This document shows positions 26,254-33,376 of a DNA stretch of 64,000 bases, one piece after another (within the stretch, counting starts at the first letter, position 1; each line of letters starts with the position of its first letter). A program made the position numbers and the translations under genes. The stretch is from an uncultured Lachnospiraceae bacterium (GTDB lineage Bacteria > Bacillota > Clostridia > Christensenellales > UBA1242). The DNA lies in assembly GCA_964383665.1 (NCBI GenBank), contig CAYLHO010000002.1, forward strand, positions 138,306-202,305. Direction: 5' to 3'. A model generated the notes under the pieces. It saw only the letters and a list, made by a program, of their open reading frames with translations, made no database searches and was not told where the DNA came from.

Positions 26254-26299
26254 TCATAAATAAGAAATTATTTATGAAAGAGATAACTCTTTTTTTTTA
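26254..26299 (+). terminator. tandem hairpins / terminator after the secreted-protein gene
   Basis: A 10-bp AT-rich stem TCATAAATAA / TTATTTATGA (26254-26277), then AAAGAG / CTCTTT with a T9 run (26277-26299). Confidence 0.5.
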
Positions 26300-26430
26300 G
26301 TTTTATATTGCTTTTTTGTTTAAAAGAAAAAATTAATTTGAAAATTACCCATAAAACTTTTTGAGTTTTGAATTAAATAATATATAATGTAAAGGTAAAT
26401 ACTAATATAAAAGGAAATTAGAGGGGGAAA

Positions 26431-27168
26431 ATGAAAAGACTTTCGAAAGCATTTAATGTTATAACCGATGTCATTTTCTTTTTGGTAATGGGGTTGCTTA
26501 TTGTTTACCTTGTTATTTCATTCTCTGCTAAATTTTCTCATGGTGTTCCTTCCTATTTTGGCTATTCCTATGTTCGCGTTATGTCGCGCTCGATGGAGGC
26601 AAGCGGAATTTACAAGGGAGACATTGTTGTTCTTAAAAGAGTTAACGTTTCCGAAATTAAAGTTGGAGATGTTATTGCATACTATCTTTATGACGGCTCG
26701 CCGGTCCAATTCCCTGCAGATGGGGACGAACCTGAAGAAGTTTTGGACTATCCAACAAACCAAGAGTCTCATAAAACAACAATAATTTTCCACCAAGTTG
26801 TTTCCATTCGCGTTGATAAATACGGTCATCGCTGGTTTAGGACGTATGGAACAAGCAACATAAACACCGAAACAGGTAAACCAATTCTTGACCCATGGGT
26901 TCGCGGGGATTATGTTATTGGAATTTATAATCAAACATGGGTTGCAAGTGTTATTAAGTTCATAACCTCAACAGCCGGAATCATAACAATTGTTGTTGTT
27001 CCGTCGGCGCTTGTTGCGCTAATGCTTCTTTTCAGCATGATCGACACGGTTGACAAAATGATGAAAATGAAAAAACTTGCAGCAGCGCTTCCAACAACCT
27101 CGGGGCTTATTGAGGGTGAGGACAATCCGGACGCAGAAAAGCCGCCGGAAGAGCAAAAAGACGAATAG
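26431..27168 (+). CDS. sipW: signal peptidase I, SipW/archaeal-ER type (S26B), with a C-terminal TM segment and acidic tail
   Basis: 245 aa, GAGGGGG SD. N-terminal TM, catalytic-Ser box VMSRSMEAS (compare SGSMEP), GDIVVLKR, His box IIFHQVVSI. It also has an extra C-terminal TM (IITIVVVPSALVALMLLF) and an E/D/P-rich end. Confidence 0.75.
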   Translation: MKRLSKAFNVITDVIFFLVMGLLIVYLVISFSAKFSHGVPSYFGYSYVRVMSRSMEASGIYKGDIVVLKRVNVSEIKVGDVIAYYLYDGSPVQFPADGDEPEEVLDYPTNQESHKTTIIFHQVVSIRVDKYGHRWFRTYGTSNINTETGKPILDPWVRGDYVIGIYNQTWVASVIKFITSTAGIITIVVVPSALVALMLLFSMIDTVDKMMKMKKLAAALPTTSGLIEGEDNPDAEKPPEEQKDE

Positions 27169-27197
27169 AAAAAACGCTTTGATAAAAGCGTTTTTTT
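27169..27197. terminator. bidirectional intrinsic terminator between convergent genes
   Basis: A-run, stem CGCTTT / AAAGCG (27175-27190), loop GATA, T7 run. Confidence 0.75.
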
Positions 27198-28239
27198 AAA
27201 TCACATTGTTTTGAACCCTTTTAATCATTTGATTAATTTCCCTGTTTGCATTCATAACAATGATTTCTGTGTTTGGATTATCGGATTTCCAAACCCTAAA
27301 AATCTCATCGGCAAAGGCTTGACCAATTTTTGGAACCAAACGGAAATCAAGGCAAATTTCTTTAAACTTATTCATTCCTGTCATTAGGCGTCTTGCTTGC
27401 GAACGAGAAATGTAGATTGATTCACTTTCATTATATTCAAGGCGTTTAACTGAAATAATGGTTTTGCAAAAACCTTCATCTGGATCTGCAAATTGATTGA
27501 AAACTTCGCTTAAAGAAATTTTATTTGCAATGCTAATTTTGAATGCAACAGCTGTCCCTTTAAATTGCTTATTTTTTTGAACAATTGCTTTATCGTCGTC
27601 GGGTTTGGAAAGATTTGCGGTTGAGAATGTTAAGTCGTTTGCAAGAATTAAGAAATAGTCGGCGCATTTTGACGAAAAGAAAATTCCTTCTCCCGTGTGT
27701 GATTTTGGGTTCGTTGTAACTTTCCCTTTCATAAGTTCGAAAACCGAATGTTCAATATTTTCAAGATTAAATTTTCTTTTAATTTTCTCGAAAATTCCAA
27801 CCCCATTATCAATTACATAGGTTGTAACATCAACCGACGTTATGCTCATAATAACTTTAATTTCATTTCCTTCGGAATGTTCAATTGCGTTGTTAAAAAT
27901 TTCTGAATAGATATAATCAAAAATTTCTCGTGCATTTTGGGGGAGGAATGAAACTAAAGGTCGAACCTCGCTTAACGATTCAAATTCACTTATTTTTCCA
28001 ATTGAATATTTAAATTCCTTATCAACAGGAACAAGCGTAAGTTTTTGGGTTCTTCCAACTCGTTTTTTTCGAATAACATTATCATTTGAGAGCTTATTAA
28101 TAAGCTTATAAATTGCTTGAACTGAAACTCCAAATTCATTTGAAAGGTTATGGATTAATTCCGCATCTAAAAGATGTTGGGAAATATTAACTAAAATTTT
28201 TTCAATTAATGTGTTTTTATTTTCTTTACTTATCGACAT
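27196..28239 (-). CDS. wHTH + GHKL (HATPase_c, SpoIIAB-like) + STAS-like (DUF4325) fusion protein
   Basis: 347 aa, GGAG SD. N-terminal HTH LSNEFGVSVQAIYKLINKL. Bergerat-fold boxes: N box EIFNNAIEHS, G1 VIDNGVGI, G2 HTGEGIFF. The C-terminal SRSQARRL...DFRLVPKIGQAFADEIFRVW matches the DUF4325 STAS-like signature. Confidence 0.75.
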   Translation of the reverse strand: MSISKENKNTLIEKILVNISQHLLDAELIHNLSNEFGVSVQAIYKLINKLSNDNVIRKKRVGRTQKLTLVPVDKEFKYSIGKISEFESLSEVRPLVSFLPQNAREIFDYIYSEIFNNAIEHSEGNEIKVIMSITSVDVTTYVIDNGVGIFEKIKRKFNLENIEHSVFELMKGKVTTNPKSHTGEGIFFSSKCADYFLILANDLTFSTANLSKPDDDKAIVQKNKQFKGTAVAFKISIANKISLSEVFNQFADPDEGFCKTIISVKRLEYNESESIYISRSQARRLMTGMNKFKEICLDFRLVPKIGQAFADEIFRVWKSDNPNTEIIVMNANREINQMIKRVQNNVI

Positions 28240-28288
28240 GTTTTTTCTCCATTGTAATTATATCCCTTGTGTCAAGATATATAACTAA

Positions 28289-28408
28289 ATTGTAAACTTA
28301 AATTTAACAATTGTCAACTTAAATTTAACAATTGTAAACTTAACAAAGGTTAATTGTAAACTTAATGATGATTGATTGTAAACTTAAGGTCTTTAATTGT
28401 AAACTTAA
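28289..28408. repeat. six direct copies of the 13-bp motif ATTGTAAACTTAA, phased every 21-22 bp (putative operator or iteron array)
   Basis: Copies start at 28289, 28310 (variant ATTGTcAACTTAA), 28331, 28353, 28375 and 28396. The spacings are 21, 21, 22, 22 and 21 bp. Copies 1-3 belong to a longer 21-bp unit (…ATTTAACA spacer). The array lies between divergent genes. Confidence 0.9.
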
Positions 28409-28440
28409 TTTTGCACTTTTGCAATTTTAAACGATTTGTT

Positions 28441-28469
28441 TTGAAAAAAGGTTGTATATATTATATAAT
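28441..28469 (+). promoter_or_regulatory. promoter of the HD hydrolase gene
   Basis: TTGAAA (28441-28446), 17-nt spacer, TATAAT (28464-28469). It starts 33 bp after the last repeat copy. Confidence 0.55.
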
Positions 28470-28488
28470 ATATTTGTAGGAAGGAAAA

Positions 28489-29070
28489 ATGGACTATCAA
28501 GAAGAGTTTAAGAAAATTTTTAAGGAAAACATAAAGCGCGAAGGCTCTGACAAACTTTTGGAGTGGCTTGAAAAAAGTGATTTTTTCTCTGCGCCTGCGT
28601 CAACAAAATTCCACAGCGCCCATGAAGGCGGTCTTTGCGAGCACAGCGTTAAGGTTTACGAAAGATTTTTGAAACTTGTTAGAAACGAGTTTGGCGAAAA
28701 TTTTGAGGAAAAAATTTCAAAAGAAAGCATCGCATTAATTGCGCTTTGTCATGACGTTTGCAAAGTTAACACCTATAAAACAGACTTTCGAAATGTTAAG
28801 GAAAACGGGGCATGGGTTCAAAAGCCATATTATGCCGTTGACGACAAGTTGCCATATGGTCATGGCGAAAAATCGGTTTACATAATCAACGGATTCACTC
28901 GCCTTTCTCGCGAGGAAGCGCTTGCAATAAATTGGCACATGGGCGCGTTTGACCTTCGAGTTCAAGGCGGAAGTTATGCGCTTAAAGATGCATATTTGGC
29001 ATATCCAACCGCGCTTCTTCTCCACATTGCCGATGTTATGGCAACATATTTAGACGAGGAACAGGGTTAA
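28489..29070 (+). CDS. HD-domain phosphohydrolase (YhaM-like HD domain without the OB fold)
   Basis: 193 aa, AGGAAGGA SD. Motifs APASTKFHSAHEGGLCEHS ... ALCHDVCK ... YGHGEKS ... LLLHIADVMAT, consistent with an H..HD..D metal-binding set. Confidence 0.75.
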   Translation: MDYQEEFKKIFKENIKREGSDKLLEWLEKSDFFSAPASTKFHSAHEGGLCEHSVKVYERFLKLVRNEFGENFEEKISKESIALIALCHDVCKVNTYKTDFRNVKENGAWVQKPYYAVDDKLPYGHGEKSVYIINGFTRLSREEALAINWHMGAFDLRVQGGSYALKDAYLAYPTALLLHIADVMATYLDEEQG

Positions 29071-29076
29071 GAAAAA

Positions 29077-29101
29077 ACTTGGGTTATCCCAGGTTTTTTT
29101 C
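29077..29101 (+). terminator. intrinsic terminator after the HD gene
   Basis: Stem ACTTGGG / CCCAGGT (one G-U pair), loop TTAT, T8 run. Confidence 0.7.
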
Positions 29102-29130
29102 TTTTCAAATGGGAATTTATGTGATACAAT
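29102..29130 (+). promoter_or_regulatory. promoter directly abutting the divIB/ftsQ-like ATG (possible leaderless transcript)
   Basis: TTTTCA (29102-29107), 17-nt spacer, TGa-TACAAT (29122-29130). The ATG at 29137 is exactly 6 nt after the -10 box and no SD is present. Confidence 0.5.
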
Positions 29131-29136
29131 TTACAT

Positions 29137-30042
29137 ATGAAATTTTTAAAGAAGCATAAAAAAGCAACAATAATTTGTTCCTGTGTTTTGGTTTTGCTTA
29201 TTGTTCTTGTTATTTTAATGTTCACTCTTTTTTCGCTTAAAGAGGTTAAAGTTGAATATAAAACAGGAAGGATTAATTTAACCGATGAAATAACAACCGA
29301 AATTGAAAACGAAGCGCTTAAAACGGGCGGCTCGGTTTTGTTTTTGGGAAAGGAAAAGCTTATTTCGCGCCTTGAAAAGCAATTCCCATATTTAAAAATT
29401 GTTAACATTGAAACTCAAATTCCAAACAAACTTGTTATCCATGCTGTTGAGCGCGAGGAATTTTTTGCAATCAATTCCGGCGAAAAATCGTATTTTCTTG
29501 ATGAGGAATTCAAAATTCTTAAAGTTGAAAATTCAACGTACGTAAAGCAAGAAAATGGGCCTGTTTTGCTTTCATTTGGAAGCGTTTTTCTTGATGAAAG
29601 TTCAAAAGCATACGCCGCACCAATCGATCTTAACCTTTCGGGCGCAGAAGCAGGGCAGGTTTTAAGCATTGCAAGTTCAAGCGATGAAAACTCATATTTT
29701 TCAAAGAAACTTGAAACAATTTCGCGTTCAATTTTAACTGCTTTTGAAGAAAACAAATTTCAAATTTCTGATGTTCGAAGCAAATATTTAAGTTTCGATG
29801 TTTTCTTTAAACCAATTGAGGTTTCAACAGTTGTTTCATGGCAACCTTGCTTAAAAATTGTTGACACAGCAAATTTTGAAACGCAAATTATTCTTGCCGA
29901 TTCGGATTTGACCGAAAAAATTTCGGTTATGAACGAGGCATTTTCTGCTGCTTCAAAAAATCCAGCGCTTTTAACAAACAAAGTTCTCTATGTTTTCGAA
30001 AACAACAACAAGGAAATTGCTTATTCGTTTTTAGACAAATGA
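29137..30042 (+). CDS. FtsQ/DivIB-like cell-division protein
   Basis: 301 aa. Short basic N-terminus, a single TM (IICSCVLVLLIVLVILMFTLF), then a POTRA-like start LKEVKVEYKTGRINLTDE. Its position is immediately upstream of ftsA-ftsZ. Confidence 0.6.
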   Translation: MKFLKKHKKATIICSCVLVLLIVLVILMFTLFSLKEVKVEYKTGRINLTDEITTEIENEALKTGGSVLFLGKEKLISRLEKQFPYLKIVNIETQIPNKLVIHAVEREEFFAINSGEKSYFLDEEFKILKVENSTYVKQENGPVLLSFGSVFLDESSKAYAAPIDLNLSGAEAGQVLSIASSSDENSYFSKKLETISRSILTAFEENKFQISDVRSKYLSFDVFFKPIEVSTVVSWQPCLKIVDTANFETQIILADSDLTEKISVMNEAFSAASKNPALLTNKVLYVFENNNKEIAYSFLDK

Positions 30043-30071
30043 TTGACATTCAATTTTTGGCGTTATATAAT
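30043..30071 (+). promoter_or_regulatory. consensus promoter for the membrane-protein gene inserted in the division cluster
   Basis: TTGACA (30043-30048), 17-nt spacer, TATAAT (30066-30071). Confidence 0.65.
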
Positions 30072-30088
30072 CACAATAGGAGATACAT

Positions 30089-30790
30089 ATGAAAAAGTTT
30101 TTATTATCATTTGTTTCATTAATTTTCTCGTCAGTTATGCTTGTTGCGCTAATTTGCCCGCTTTCAAGTTTCCAAAACAAGTTGAAGGATTCCGGCGAGG
30201 ATAAAAAATCTTTTGCCCAACAGGTTACAATGCTCGATTTCGTTGAAAGTTTGTTCGCAAACGAAGAAAAAGCAGATGAAGCCGAGAAAGACTACTTGGC
30301 AAAGAATGTTGAAATAACAAATGAAGTTTCAAATGATGATTCAATTTCAAACGAGAACAAACTTACTGAAATTAATGTCAGGAAATTGAACTCAAGAGAG
30401 ATTGCGAAACGTGACGTTTTCAATTTTGCAACAATAGAAAATCTTGCAATTGAATATGAAATTGCCGGTGGGAATCTAATAACCCAAACAAAAGCTGTTG
30501 GCGGGCTTTCAATTGCATTCTTGATTTGTGTTGGGCTTGTTATTGTTGTTAACGTTTTGGCTTTGCTTATAAGCAGCCCAAAACTTAGAGGTGTTGCCTC
30601 GTTCTTAACCTTCCTTGCGTGTCTTTTAAGCATTGCAATTGTTATCGTTTTGGAAGTTGCATTCAGTGTTACAGGAATTCTTTACACATTATATGCAAAA
30701 GCTCTTTGGGCAGGATATGTTGTTATTGCCTACACAGCAGTTTATTTCTTATTCCGACTTTTCATTAATTCAAAGTTAAAGAAAATGTAA
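30089..30790 (+). CDS. hypothetical membrane protein (233 aa)
   Basis: AGGAGA SD. N-terminal signal/TM, an acidic coiled region, then about 4 C-terminal TM helices. No family recognised. Confidence 0.6.
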   Translation: MKKFLLSFVSLIFSSVMLVALICPLSSFQNKLKDSGEDKKSFAQQVTMLDFVESLFANEEKADEAEKDYLAKNVEITNEVSNDDSISNENKLTEINVRKLNSREIAKRDVFNFATIENLAIEYEIAGGNLITQTKAVGGLSIAFLICVGLVIVVNVLALLISSPKLRGVASFLTFLACLLSIAIVIVLEVAFSVTGILYTLYAKALWAGYVVIAYTAVYFLFRLFINSKLKKM

Positions 30791-30817
30791 ATTTTAATTT
30801 TTAAATTTTAAGAAAAA

Positions 30818-30844
30818 CAGTTGACTTTCTCAACTGTTTTTTTT
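30818..30844 (+). terminator. intrinsic terminator
   Basis: Stem CAGTTGA / TCAACTG, loop CTTTC, T8 run. Confidence 0.75.
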
Positions 30845-30916
30845 ATAATTATAAAAAAATTGATTAAATATACATAATCAGTTTGCGCAAAAGAAAAACC
30901 AAGGAGAAACGCGAAG

Positions 30917-32071
30917 ATGCAAAAGAAATATGCTGCAATTATGGACATCGGCTCATCGAAAATAACCGTTCTAATTGGCCAACAAGGGGTTAACAATTCC
31001 TTTGTTATCAAGGGGAAGGGTGAAGCGGACTACGCTGGTTTTTCCGATGGGGAATTCCTTGAAATTGACGAGCTTAAATATGCTTGCGGGTTTGCCCTTT
31101 CAAAGGCTCAAGAACAAGCAAGAATGAAAGTTGAAGCGCTTTATGTTGGCGTTCCTGCGGAGTTTTCTTTTTGCGATTGCACAGAAGTTGAAACCTGCTT
31201 TAAAAGAAAGGTTAAAATCACGAATGAAGATGTTTCCTATCTATATTCTAAAGCGCTTAATAAAGAAATTATGAAGTCGAAAACTCTTGTTTCTTGTTCG
31301 CCGCTTTGGTTTAAACTTGACGACGGGCGAAGAACTTTTGATTTTGGTCAACAAAAGACAACATTGCTTCGCGCCAAGGTTAGTTTGATTTATGTTGAGA
31401 ATTCGTTTATTTCGCTTTTCAATGAAACTTTGGGGCAACTTGGAATTGAATCGGTTGAATATATTTCTTCCTCTCTTGCCCAAGCAAACTACCTTTTAAC
31501 GCCGTTTGAACAACAACGTGGAGCAATTATTGTTGACATTGGCTACATAACAACAAGTGTTTGTGGAGTTCTTGGAAGTGGGCTTGCCGGATTAAGTGCA
31601 TTTTCGCTTGGGGGAGCGCACATAAGCGGAGATTTCTGCGAGGGATTTGAAATTTCCTTTGCAGAAGCCGAACAACTTAAAAAAGAAATTGTGTTAAGTG
31701 TAAATTCAAAAAAGGCAGGGAATTATGAGATTAATGTTGAAAATCAAGTTTTGTTTGTGCCAATTGCTTCTGCAAATGAAATAGTTCGCGAAAGGATTGA
31801 AATGATTGCTTCTTTCATCATGCGAAGTTTCCAAAAGTTTTCAGAGCAAAATTTGGAAAATGCCCAAGTTTACTTGACAGGCGGGGGGCTTTCGTATATA
31901 ACTGGAGGTAGAGAATACCTTGAAAAATGCCTTGGAAGAGATATAAAACTTCTTGCTCCAGACGTCCCGGCATTTTCAAAGCCAAATTTTTCAAGTTCGC
32001 TTTCAGTTTTGAGCGAAGCGCTTAAAAAACAAGTTAAAACCACAAATTGGTTCACAAAATTATTTAATTAA
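30917..32071 (+). CDS. ftsA: cell division protein FtsA
   Basis: 384 aa, AAGGAGAA SD. Actin-fold phosphate-1 motif [15 protein letters not shown], later [10 protein letters not shown] and [11 protein letters not shown]. Adjacent to ftsZ. Confidence 0.9.
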   Translation: MQKKYAAIMDIGSSKITVLIGQQGVNNSFVIKGKGEADYAGFSDGEFLEIDELKYACGFALSKAQEQARMKVEALYVGVPAEFSFCDCTEVETCFKRKVKITNEDVSYLYSKALNKEIMKSKTLVSCSPLWFKLDDGRRTFDFGQQKTTLLRAKVSLIYVENSFISLFNETLGQLGIESVEYISSSLAQANYLLTPFEQQRGAIIVDIGYITTSVCGVLGSGLAGLSAFSLGGAHISGDFCEGFEISFAEAEQLKKEIVLSVNSKKAGNYEINVENQVLFVPIASANEIVRERIEMIASFIMRSFQKFSEQNLENAQVYLTGGGLSYITGGREYLEKCLGRDIKLLAPDVPAFSKPNFSSSLSVLSEALKKQVKTTNWFTKLFN

Positions 32072-32081
32072 GGAGAAATTT

Positions 32082-33287
32082 ATGTATTCAGAAAACAGCA
32101 TTGGCCCAGTTGCCAACATTAAAGTTGTTGGAATTGGTGGAGGCGGAAACAACGCCGTTAACCGCATGATTAATGCGAACATAACAAGCGCACAATTTGT
32201 TGCAATTAACACAGATAAACAAGCGCTTTTAATGAGCAAGGCAGATTTACGCCTTCAAATTGGTGAAAAATTAACAAGAGGACTTGGCGCAGGCGCCGAT
32301 CCTGAAGTTGGTCAAAAAGCTGCCGAGGAAAGCAAAGCAAGCATAACAGAAATGCTTAAGGATTCCGACCTTGTTTTCATAACCGCAGGAATGGGCGGAG
32401 GAACAGGAACGGGAGCTGCTCCTGTTGTTGCTCAAATCGCAAAAGACATGGGAATTTTAACAATTGCTGTTGTAACAAAACCTTTTAATTTTGAAGGCAG
32501 AAAGAGAATGGAAAATGCTGAAAGAGGATTGGAAGGGCTTAGAAAATATGTTGACACATTGGTTGTTATTCCAAACGACAAGTTGTTGAAACTTGTTCCA
32601 AAAGGAACGCCAATTGTTGAGGCATTCCGCTATGCAGACGATGTTTTACGTCAAGGAATTCAAGGAATTTCCGACTTAATTGTAACTCCAAGCTTAATCA
32701 ACCTCGACTTTGCCGATGTACGTTCAATCATGAAAAACAAAGGCCTTGCCCACATGGGAATTGGTCGCGGAAAAGGCGAAAACAAAACAATTGAGGCTGT
32801 TCGTCAAGCTGTTTCAAGTCCACTTCTTGAAACAACAATTGAAGGCGCAACGGGTGTTTTGATTAACGTTAAGGGCGGAAACGACTTGCCTCTTGATGAA
32901 GTTTATGAGGCTGTTGACCTTGTTAAGGAAGTTGTTGACGAAACTGGAAACATCATTTTCGGTGCTGCAATTGACGAGGCAATGAATGATGAAGTTGAAA
33001 TAACAATCATTGCAACAGGCTTTAAAGGAACACCAGACGAAGAACCTGAAGTTGAAAAAGCACGTGAAGACGTTCAAGCATATGGAAGTTTCGACAAGGA
33101 AAAATATGACCAATATGTTCAAAAGAACGAAACAAACGCTCTTGGACTTGGCGTTAGAAGAGTTGTTGAGGAAAGACGTCCAGAACCTGAACTAGAAATT
33201 GTTGAAGAACCAATTCAAACTTCAAGAATTTCAATTCGCGAAGCCGACATTCCTCCATTCCTTAGAAAAATTAAAAAAGACAGATAG
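32082..33287 (+). CDS. ftsZ: cell division GTPase FtsZ
   Basis: 401 aa. [15 protein letters not shown], tubulin signature [18 protein letters not shown], and the C-terminal peptide DIPPFLRK. Confidence 0.98.
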   Translation: MYSENSIGPVANIKVVGIGGGGNNAVNRMINANITSAQFVAINTDKQALLMSKADLRLQIGEKLTRGLGAGADPEVGQKAAEESKASITEMLKDSDLVFITAGMGGGTGTGAAPVVAQIAKDMGILTIAVVTKPFNFEGRKRMENAERGLEGLRKYVDTLVVIPNDKLLKLVPKGTPIVEAFRYADDVLRQGIQGISDLIVTPSLINLDFADVRSIMKNKGLAHMGIGRGKGENKTIEAVRQAVSSPLLETTIEGATGVLINVKGGNDLPLDEVYEAVDLVKEVVDETGNIIFGAAIDEAMNDEVEITIIATGFKGTPDEEPEVEKAREDVQAYGSFDKEKYDQYVQKNETNALGLGVRRVVEERRPEPELEIVEEPIQTSRISIREADIPPFLRKIKKDR

Positions 33288-33291
33288 AAAG

Positions 33292-33315
33292 CAGGGCAGA
33301 TGCCCTGTTTTTTTG
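33292..33315 (+). terminator. intrinsic terminator after ftsZ
   Basis: Stem CAGGGC / GCCCTG followed by a T7 run. Confidence 0.75.
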
Positions 33316-33342
33316 TTGCAAAAACAAATAAAAATTATTGTT

Positions 33343-33370
33343 TTGTTTGAAATAAAAATTGTGGTAAAAT
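33343..33370 (+). promoter_or_regulatory. promoter abutting the gpmI ATG (possible leaderless transcript)
   Basis: TTGTTT (33343-33348), 16-nt spacer, TGg-TAAAAT (33362-33370). The ATG at 33377 is 6 nt after the -10 box and there is no SD. Confidence 0.5.
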
Positions 33371-33376
33371 TCTTGT

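Noticed and set aside
28289-28408. Could the six direct repeats be a CRISPR array?
   Set aside because: The repeat core is only 13 bp and the 'spacers' only 8-9 bp, two of which are identical. No cas genes are nearby. The geometry fits protein-binding sites, not CRISPR.
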